Source: Eubacteriales bacterium (GTDB lineage Bacteria > Bacillota > Clostridia > Oscillospirales > CAG-272). From it: DNA of 54,236 nt. The stretch is from positions 1 through 54,236 of the forward strand of contig JAZROG010000011.1 in the NCBI GenBank assembly GCA_045648605.1, given 5' to 3'. The translations under genes and the position numbers were made by a program. The notes under the pieces are model-generated. The model saw nothing but the letters and a program-made list of their open reading frames with translations. It was not told where the DNA came from and ran no database searches. Below are positions 47,298-54,236 of this stretch, one piece after another. The stretch's first letter is position 1. Every line of letters starts with the position of its first letter.

Positions 47298-47900
47298 TCA
47301 GCAACAAATCTGTTGAAATTCGTTTTTTCCCTTTCTCAAAGCATATCCCTTATAATTGAACTTATCATAAGTGACGTTTGATCTACTGCGCGGAGCACAA
47401 TTCCCGAAAATGATTAAAAATTCTTCATTGGCACTCGGATCAAAGGCATTAACCTGTGATAAGCAATCATGGGCAAATTTGAGTTTTTCTTTTTCTATGG
47501 TATCTCTCTCGTCACATGGATTATAAGCTATAATCACCTTTAAGGGACATTTTATGTGCGCAAGCTTGATAAGCTCATCGGTCCAATCGGGTGAATCGTT
47601 TTCATGCTCAACTGCAATCATCAAATCCCATAAATGACGCGCCAGCCCGAGCTTTTTACTGTGTTCCTCATCAATATCGGTACATTTTGTTTTCCATCCA
47701 ACAGTATCGATTTTGAAATACTCATTTTGGAATGTATAACCTGCCTTATTTATAATTTGAGGAACGATAATTTTGTTTATGAGTCTTGTGTATGCCGACT
47801 GATCGCTTTTTTAGATCTTCAAATAATTATCTTTACCATCATATATGTATTCTTCTTTTGTAAGATCAAGAAAATGTACGAAAAATTCATTCGCGTTCAA
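47298..47900 (-). pseudogene. Hypothetical protein gene with an in-frame TAA and ambiguous start
   Basis: The minus frame reads LNANEFFVHFLDLTKEEYIYDGKDNYLKI*KSDQSAYTRLINKIIVPQIINKAGYTF...DLMIAVEHENDSPDW... through to 47298. The TAA is at 47813..47811. A well-spaced GGAGG-ATG at 47905 is out of frame (ATG ACT TGA), and an in-frame TTG at 47900 is 10 nt from the SD. Confidence 0.5.
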
Positions 47901-48028
47901 GTCATTTATGCCTCCAAATAGAAATCAAAGCAATTGTAGCATAAATCACAAAAAAGTCAATACGACAATTAAATATTTTTTATGTCAATATTTTTATAAT
48001 TTGAAACACATTTGTAATGATTTTTTTC

Positions 48029-48057
48029 TTGACTTTTTTTAAAAAATGTTATATAAT
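48029..48057 (+). promoter_or_regulatory. Promoter of ssrA (tmRNA)
   Basis: TTGACT (48029..48034), 17-nt spacer, TATAAT (48052..48057), about 40 nt upstream of the mature 5' end. Confidence 0.6.
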
Positions 48058-48094
48058 ATTCAGTGCTTATCTCATTCCCGATAAGCGCAGAAAT

Positions 48095-48494
48095 GGGGGC
48101 GCAATGGTTTCGACAGGGATTCTGAGGTATGATAAGCGTGGCGGGCCGGCTAATCCCGATAAAATGGCTAAATTAAAAAATAAACGACAACTCTACAGTT
48201 GCAATGGCTGCCTAATTAAGTGCGTCCTCGGACGCATTTAATGGCAGTGCTGCGGTTCATTTAATACCGCCCGTTCCGCCGAGGAATACTGCGACCTCGG
48301 CCTGAGCGTCATTTACAGCAGTGAACTTGCATTGGTCTTTCGCCCTTGAACCGATCAAGCATAAAAGGGCTACCGCAAAGGAAAGTCTGTTTGCCGACGT
48401 TCCCACGCGGGAATTCTTAAAAGACAAACTGCCCACGGAGAAAGTCATATCAACGGGTTTTTGGACACGGGTTCGATTCCCGTCGCCTCCACCA
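48095..48494 (+). ncRNA. ssrA: Transfer-messenger RNA (tmRNA, SsrA)
   Basis: 5' GGGGGCGCAATGGTTTCGACAGGG pairs with 3' ...CGCCTCCACCA, an acceptor stem with a G3:U wobble. A T-arm GGACACGGGTTCGATTCCCGTC is present. The internal tag frame ends ...AAC GAC AAC TCT ACA GTT GCA ATG GCT GCC TAA (stop at 48213..48215). Confidence 0.93.
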
Positions 48495-48525
48495 TTCGAA
48501 TTCAAGTAAACAGTAAAATTACAAA

Positions 48526-48572
48526 AATACGCCTTATAGTAAGCATTGGCTGGCTATAAGGCGTATTGCTTT
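48526..48572 (+). terminator. Terminator hairpin downstream of ssrA
   Basis: AATACGCCTTATAG-(14 nt)-CTATAAGGCGTATT followed by GCTTTG. A second small hairpin, GATGGCGA-cta-TCGCCAT, follows at 48574..48592. Confidence 0.65.
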
Positions 48573-48841
48573 GTGATGGCGACTATCGCCATAGATAATA
48601 AATTTAGAAAAACTGATGAAAATTGAGGCTAAAACAGCTACACACCGCTTTTGTCAAGTAAAACCATTAGTATTTTATAAGAACCTCTATTCTTCTGAAA
48701 AATCACGCAATTGCGTTTGAGCCCTTGTAGTACAAGGCTTTTCTAACGCAGTTTTTACGCAAATTTTACGTGAAAACTACGTTTTTTCCTCAATTCTTCC
48801 TTTTTTGCTCCGACAGGGGTTTAATGCGATGGTTGATAAAA

Positions 48842-51800
48842 TTAAGCCGCAGGATATGCTTGATACACATACTCATATATTCTTTGCTTATAATCTGCAA
48901 CCTCATTATCGTCATAGCTTTCGGGAAGATCAGCCCATAGCAGATCACGAATCAAGACATTGACAATAGACTGCGTTTCTTCCTTGTCACGCCAGTGATC
49001 CAAATCATGTATGCAGGATTTCACTTTTGAAAGCATAGTTTTAGAAAGCGCTTTTACCTTCTTGATCTCATCTTTAGTAAGTGAATCCTTGCCGTTGACA
49101 AGCAAATCAAAGATAGTCAATTCCTCATCGCTGTCAAAACCTTCTCGAACATAACGCTTCTGCTCATCGTCAAGAGTGTTGACAAGTTTGATTAGATTTT
49201 CAAATATAACAGCTATCTCGTCCTTATGATTGTTTTGATTATATTCATCAACGATTTCTTGGTAACGCTCATAATAGTTAATTCTCAGCGGATTATTTTT
49301 AAGCATTTTAGCAAGACGAGACTCAACAAGTTCCTGTAAATCCTTTAGCAGAAGATTTTTGTTCCAAACTCGTTCAAACTCTCTCTGCAACAGAACGAAA
49401 TCTATACTGCTGATATCGAATTTTTTGCTTTCAACAAGCCCTTCTTCGTCCTGAGGAGATACAGTTACATATTCGCTTACTATCTTGCTTATGTTAGACA
49501 TTAAAGCAGAATTATCGGCATGAATTTTCTTTTCCTGCATCTGATCATAAATGGCACTGATTGCGTTTTTGTAACTAACTGTTTGTTCGGAAACTTCACC
49601 CTTTTCAATGTATTTAAACATTTTGAAAAGCTCTCTTGCCTGTATCTCAAATCGCTTCTTGATCTCACTTGTGGTGCACATAGCATCCGCTCCCGACTTA
49701 ACAAGCTTTAACTTATCAAAATCAGACTCGTTTACCAGAGAATTCAATGAAAACCCGTTTTCAAGCATATAGGTATCTATGCTCTTGATTGTATTCATTA
49801 TTTTTGTGATCAGTTCGCTCTTATCAGGTGCAGGATCATCACCAATCTTTTCTCCACCCTTTGTTGTGTAATCAGACAACGCCTGTCTCAGCGCCTTAAC
49901 AACGCCAATATAGTCAACAATAAGACCATTACTTTTTCCGTCACAAACACGATTAGCTCTCGCTATCGTTTGCATAAGAGTGTGTGCTTTCAAAGGCTTA
50001 TCAAGATAAATTGTTGCAAGAGATTTAACGTCAAAGCCTGTCAACCACATAGCACATACAAAAACGATTCTGAACGGATTATCCGAATCCTTAAATTCTT
50101 TATCCATTTCGCGTTTTTCCATCTTTGTTCGATGAGGAGTAATGTCTAAGCCCCAATTATTGAAAGTTTGAATCTCATTTTGCTCTTGGCTGACAATAAC
50201 AGCCATTTCCGTTTCCTTCATCCATTCAATTTTGCGCATAAGCTCTTGGGACTCCTGCTGTGTTGCCTTTTTCAGCTCTTTTTCAAGCTCGGCAATTTTC
50301 TCTTGCCAATATTTCTGTGCAAGATTATACATCTTAGCACAAGTGACCTTATTTACACAGACAAACATAGCCTTGCCTGTTGTCCAAAGTTCCGAATAAT
50401 GATTGACAAAATCCATGGCTATTGCATCAAGACGCGGCTCGGAAGTTATAATATGAATCTCTTTAGCGATCTCCATTTCGAGCTTTGCCTGTTTGTTGAC
50501 ATCAAGGTCGGCTTCTTCAATGGCTTCAAGAAGTGCTTCATTGATTTCGGGATTTGTGATATTAAGCATATCACTTCGGTTTTCATAGTAAAGCGGTACT
50601 GTTGCACCATCTTCCACTGCTCTTTTGAAATCATAAATAGAGACGTAATTACCAAAAGTACGCTCGGTTATATTGTCATATTTAAACAGAGGTGTACCTG
50701 TAAAGCCTATTCTTGAGGCTGTTGGTAAAAGCTTGCACATATTATCCGCAAAAATACCGTTTTGCGAGCGGTGTGCTTCATCTGAAAGAATAATGATATC
50801 ATGCTCTGGTGTGATCGGATCTATAGAATCATCATTAAATTTTTGAATGAGCGTAAAAATAAAACTCGGATTGCCCCTAAGCATATCAAGCAATTCCTTG
50901 CCGCTTGCGGGAATATACTGACTTGATTTTGTTGCAAGACAACCGCAGGATTCAAAAGTATCGCTTATCTGCTTATTAAGCTCTTCTCTATCTGTAAGGA
51001 TAACAAAGGTGGGGCTGCCGACAAACTGACGTCTGATCTTTTGTGCAAGAAAAACCATTGAATAGCTTTTTCCGCTTCCCTGTGTGTGCCAGAATACACC
51101 CAGCTTTCCGTTTTTTAGCTTACGTGCCTTATAAGATTCAACAGCTTCATTAACACCAAGATATTGATGATTTCTTGCCAATATTTTTGAGGTTCTTCCG
51201 CCGGAATGATCATAGAGAATGAAATTCTCAAATAAATCCATAAAGCTTTTCTTATTACATATACCGAGAAGCATTGTTTCGAGATCTACTGCACCAACCT
51301 CATCTTCCTTCAATCGCTTCCACTCATGGAAAAACTCAAATTTAGAACCCATGGTGCCAACCTTGGCTTCAAGACCGTTAGAAAGCATCAAAAAGGCGTT
51401 AAAATGGAACAACTGAGGAATGGTGTCGAGATAGTCCTTATAATTACAATTAAAAGCATCTTCAACCGCAACATTTTGCTTTTTCAACTCAACGAAAAGC
51501 AACGGAATGCCATTAACAAATCCAACAATATCAGTACGTCTGCGATAATTGACACCGTGAATCTTCATTTCCTTAACTGCAAGAAAATGATTTTTTTCAG
51601 GTTCTGCAAAATTAAATACAGAAGCATTGCGTATTTCAAAGGTACCATCGTTTTTCTTAAACTGAACAGGGATACCATCACGGAGCATAGAATATTTTTC
51701 CTCGTTGATCTGCATGAGCGTGGCAGATGCTGTGTAGGCGCAGAGAGTCTTGACGGCAGAATCAGCACATTCTTCCGTCATCCAATCATTATTATCAAAG

Positions 51801-51979
51801 AGTGCACGGCGAAGATAACGCACAAGAACGATTTCCTTGTATGATTTTCTTCCAAGCGTGCCATCCTCGCCTAAAACCTCTGTATTATAAGCGAAAATGA
51901 CCTCCCAGCCCAGCTTGTCCGAAAGGACATTCCCTGCACTGTTCTGAACGAGTATATTTTCGGAATATTCCCAGCTCAT
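48842..51979 (-). CDS. hsdR: Type I restriction-modification system, restriction (R) subunit
   Basis: 1045-aa ORF with an N-terminal PD-(D/E)xK nuclease (RTDIVGFVNGIPLLFVELKK). SF2 motor motifs are HTQGSGKS (I), ILSDEAHRSQ (DEAH, II), GFTGTP (III) and QTIARANR (VI). The long helical C-terminal domain is typical of HsdR. Confidence 0.95.
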   Translation of the reverse strand: MSWEYSENILVQNSAGNVLSDKLGWEVIFAYNTEVLGEDGTLGRKSYKEIVLVRYLRRALFDNNDWMTEECADSAVKTLCAYTASATLMQINEEKYSMLRDGIPVQFKKNDGTFEIRNASVFNFAEPEKNHFLAVKEMKIHGVNYRRRTDIVGFVNGIPLLFVELKKQNVAVEDAFNCNYKDYLDTIPQLFHFNAFLMLSNGLEAKVGTMGSKFEFFHEWKRLKEDEVGAVDLETMLLGICNKKSFMDLFENFILYDHSGGRTSKILARNHQYLGVNEAVESYKARKLKNGKLGVFWHTQGSGKSYSMVFLAQKIRRQFVGSPTFVILTDREELNKQISDTFESCGCLATKSSQYIPASGKELLDMLRGNPSFIFTLIQKFNDDSIDPITPEHDIIILSDEAHRSQNGIFADNMCKLLPTASRIGFTGTPLFKYDNITERTFGNYVSIYDFKRAVEDGATVPLYYENRSDMLNITNPEINEALLEAIEEADLDVNKQAKLEMEIAKEIHIITSEPRLDAIAMDFVNHYSELWTTGKAMFVCVNKVTCAKMYNLAQKYWQEKIAELEKELKKATQQESQELMRKIEWMKETEMAVIVSQEQNEIQTFNNWGLDITPHRTKMEKREMDKEFKDSDNPFRIVFVCAMWLTGFDVKSLATIYLDKPLKAHTLMQTIARANRVCDGKSNGLIVDYIGVVKALRQALSDYTTKGGEKIGDDPAPDKSELITKIMNTIKSIDTYMLENGFSLNSLVNESDFDKLKLVKSGADAMCTTSEIKKRFEIQARELFKMFKYIEKGEVSEQTVSYKNAISAIYDQMQEKKIHADNSALMSNISKIVSEYVTVSPQDEEGLVESKKFDISSIDFVLLQREFERVWNKNLLLKDLQELVESRLAKMLKNNPLRINYYERYQEIVDEYNQNNHKDEIAVIFENLIKLVNTLDDEQKRYVREGFDSDEELTIFDLLVNGKDSLTKDEIKKVKALSKTMLSKVKSCIHDLDHWRDKEETQSIVNVLIRDLLWADLPESYDDNEVADYKQRIYEYVYQAYPAA

Positions 51980-51998
51980 TTGGGTACCTCCTGTTTTG

Positions 51999-53375
51999 TT
52001 ATAACATTTTTATTGTTTCAGCAAACCTTTTCAACTCACCATAGTGATGAGCTATCGTTTCATAATTATCACCCTTGTAATGCGAAAACACGACTCTTGA
52101 ATGTCTCCTATGCATCCAATACCAATTATAAAGAACCGCGCAGTATAAATTGGTTTCTTTAGGCAGTATGTATTTTGTTGGCTCGTCAGGAAAACCACGT
52201 TCTGTCTTGAAACAAATATTATCATACTTATCCTTAAAAAAATCACTGAACGCTGGAGTTAACGTTTGGTTGGGTGAAACAAAGATTTCTGCATACATTT
52301 TTTCCGATTGATTCAAGTTTATAGGATTATTCAAAAAGCAAGAATTGTCATTATATACACATATCAAAACAGTTAAAAGTAACTCCATACACATAAATAC
52401 ATAATCTTTTTTATCTGAAAATAACATTTGATGTGCAATAGTAGCTTTATTCACAAGCTGTTCTTGCGTTCTTGCGTCTATATTCTTAAATATAGCTTGA
52501 ATGAATTCTTCAACAGAATCGCCGAACTGAAAAATATCTTTATCAAACATTGCGATGTAATCGGAATATTTTTCTATCACTTTCTCCGACACTTCGCCAC
52601 GATCTAACTTTATTTCAAACTGAATAAATTTTCCAAGATATTTTTCTGGCTTATCAAATCCGAAAATTTGTTTTACACTTGTTTGTAATTGTTCTTTATC
52701 CATTGAAAGAACGGTGATAACATTGTTGGATTTTTCGGTTAGATGGTGCAACCGCTCTAAAACCTTAATCGAATACTCCGGCAAACAACGATCAAGCTCG
52801 TCTACCATGAATACGACCGTTTGATCTTTGCTCAATTCTGCAATCAATTCTTGCAAACGATGCAAAGCTTGGTTAAAAGAAAAGTAAACATCATATTCGT
52901 GTGATTGCTCGACTTTTTCTTCTTCAGCACTAACCGAGGTTTTCAATGTTTCATATGTAGCCTTAACATCTACACCAATCTTATCTTTAATACCATCGTT
53001 AACCATAGATAGCAGAGTGGTTCCAACCGCTTTTAACACCCCAAGAACTCGTGCTTTCTTCTTCTCATCATTCCAGAGCTTTGTTTTTTGATTGATAATA
53101 TCAATCATAGATGCAACAATAGCCACAAGTGGTTCTTCGTAATAATCGTATTTCCAGCAATTATAGCGAATCACGAAATATTTGTCCGATGTTGTTTCTT
53201 CGGATTGTATCTTGCTCAACTGTTCTTCGTACATATCCAAAACGAAGCTTTTACCACATCCCCAAACTCCATTGATTGCAAAAGATGTGCTTATCTTGTT
53301 CACAGATATATTTTCAGTTAGGATTACAAGTTTATCAACAAATTCTTCACGATTTAAAATATCAAGTTTACCCAA
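51999..53375 (-). CDS. KAP-family P-loop NTPase (apparently soluble)
   Basis: 458-aa ORF with Walker A GVWGCGKSF and the KAP-typical Walker B VVFMVDELDRC, separated by a long insert. It uses a TTG start with a GAGGT SD 6 nt upstream. Its stop lies 19 nt before the hsdR ATG, and that gap contains the hsdR AGGAGG SD. Confidence 0.88.
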   Translation of the reverse strand: MGKLDILNREEFVDKLVILTENISVNKISTSFAINGVWGCGKSFVLDMYEEQLSKIQSEETTSDKYFVIRYNCWKYDYYEEPLVAIVASMIDIINQKTKLWNDEKKKARVLGVLKAVGTTLLSMVNDGIKDKIGVDVKATYETLKTSVSAEEEKVEQSHEYDVYFSFNQALHRLQELIAELSKDQTVVFMVDELDRCLPEYSIKVLERLHHLTEKSNNVITVLSMDKEQLQTSVKQIFGFDKPEKYLGKFIQFEIKLDRGEVSEKVIEKYSDYIAMFDKDIFQFGDSVEEFIQAIFKNIDARTQEQLVNKATIAHQMLFSDKKDYVFMCMELLLTVLICVYNDNSCFLNNPINLNQSEKMYAEIFVSPNQTLTPAFSDFFKDKYDNICFKTERGFPDEPTKYILPKETNLYCAVLYNWYWMHRRHSRVVFSHYKGDNYETIAHHYGELKRFAETIKML

Positions 53376-53399
53376 TGCTATACCTCAATTTTGTTAGTC

Positions 53400-54206
53400 T
53401 TAATTGTTTATTTTTTGCAAGACTGTTTCTACTCTCTTTTTGCGCTCTAAATTATCAATTTCCAATTTTGCTAACAGCCACATTTGATAGATATCATCAT
53501 AACACTCTTCAATTTCTTTTGGTGAAAGAGATTTGATATAGGGGTTGTCCTCATTATTATGGCGAACAAATTTTTGTAGCATTTGAAAAAGATCATCTGC
53601 AAAAGCCCTGTTTATTCCGTTTAAAGTTTTTCGTTGTGGCTCTATGTCATCTGCCAAAAGTTTAAGAATTGCCTTTTTCTTTGCTATATTACCATTAAGG
53701 CTATGATGATTATACTCAAGAATACTAACTGCAATATCTTCCTTAACAATTTCAGCCACAGATACCACATCAGCCTTTTGAGGTACAAAAATTGTAATAC
53801 TATCTACTTTCAAAGGTTTATGAGCAATATCAGTAATGCACTCGCGAATAATCTCTATTAAATGCTCAATGTTTTCTTTTTCACTTTCACTTATTGCTTG
53901 ATAAGCATATTTAAATGTTGCGTCACAAAGATTCCAAATATATTCGCATAATGAAAGCAAATCATCTACTCCAACCGAAGCAAAGAAATCAGAAAATGAA
54001 AAGTCATAAGTTTCATTAAAATCAGAAATAGAGGTAGTTCTTCCTCGCAAAAACTTGGGCAACATTTCAAAATATTCATCCACTGTATAAACTATAGCTG
54101 CTTCTGTTGAAGTCCCTTGAAAAAACAATTTATAAATTCTCTTGTATTCCGCTTGTACGTTAAACGATGATTCATTTAATATTTCATAAAAATTACGTCT
54201 TACCAA
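53400..54206 (-). CDS. Hypothetical protein (268 aa), first gene of the KAP cassette
   Basis: Clean ORF with a TTG start and a GGAGGTG SD 5 nt upstream. The SD lies inside the last codons of the preceding gene. It is mostly helical and acidic by composition, with no motif I can assign. Confidence 0.7.
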   Translation of the reverse strand: MVRRNFYEILNESSFNVQAEYKRIYKLFFQGTSTEAAIVYTVDEYFEMLPKFLRGRTTSISDFNETYDFSFSDFFASVGVDDLLSLCEYIWNLCDATFKYAYQAISESEKENIEHLIEIIRECITDIAHKPLKVDSITIFVPQKADVVSVAEIVKEDIAVSILEYNHHSLNGNIAKKKAILKLLADDIEPQRKTLNGINRAFADDLFQMLQKFVRHNNEDNPYIKSLSPKEIEECYDDIYQMWLLAKLEIDNLERKKRVETVLQKINN

Positions 54207-54208
54207 AA

Positions 54209-54236
54209 TTACACCTCCAATTCGCCGCTCATAAGT
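54209..54236 (-). CDS. 3' end of an upstream gene in the same operon (identity unknown; hsdS or hsdM would be expected)
   Basis: The minus strand reads ...LMSGELEV* with TAA at 54211..54209. Only 9 codons are visible. Confidence 0.3.

Noticed and set aside
48017-48509. Three track ORFs (48017..48241 +, 48257..48505 -, 48321..48509 +)
   Set aside because: They overlap the tmRNA gene, and the region is explained by ssrA structure (acceptor stem, T-arm, tag ORF).
48739-48790. Short TTTACG/ACTACG repeats downstream of ssrA as iterons or att sites
   Set aside because: The repeats are only 6-7 nt, imperfect and in AT-rich DNA, so they are compatible with chance. They are mentioned only as context in the island finding.
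1-54236. CRISPR arrays, rRNA or tRNA genes, IS elements and integrases
   Set aside because: No regularly spaced direct repeats, no rRNA-like conserved blocks, no cloverleaf besides the tmRNA tRNA-like domain, and no transposase or integrase-like ORF were found on either strand.

Overview
Chromosomal window from a low-GC Firmicute, probably a Clostridia or Ruminococcus-like gut anaerobe. That guess rests on a dockerin-bearing surface-protein remnant, a SpoVB/MurJ-like flippase and nrdDG, judged by eye. About 44 kb is densely packed housekeeping backbone: gdhA (5' end only), pcrA, secA, trmL, mnmA, ispE, an AI-2E transporter, htpG, phosphoglucomutase, feoAB and pdp. A long minus-strand operon follows (ROK kinase, alaX, pepS, nrdG, nrdD, trxB, histidine phosphatase), then tsaE, tsaB, rpiB, ispD, ispF, rpe, dapA and queA. 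Accessory content is concentrated at 44.2-54.2 kb. It includes a RelB/DinJ-YafQ toxin-antitoxin (TA) pair and a three-gene RelE-like / small acidic protein / XRE module, both embedded in a family of palindromic repeats. Then comes tmRNA (ssrA, 48095..48494), followed by an AT-rich island carrying a type I restriction R subunit (hsdR). Two tightly coupled genes lie directly upstream of hsdR in the same operon: a 268-aa protein with no recognisable family and a KAP-family P-loop NTPase. This RM-embedded cassette is my best candidate for an undescribed defence or guard system. Other notable points follow. Five accessory genes are broken by in-frame stops and/or homopolymer frameshifts while all housekeeping neighbours are intact: uxuA, a dockerin protein, a secreted protein, a GH43 hydrolase and a hypothetical gene. 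NrdD carries a C-terminal CxxC thioredoxin-fold domain and sits next to trxB. A small XRE / DUF2493-SLOG divergent pair lies between pgm and feoAB. A 55-codon Gln/Asn-only micro-ORF is missed by the ORF track. No rRNA, tRNA or CRISPR array was seen. All calls are by-eye motif recognition; no searches were run.
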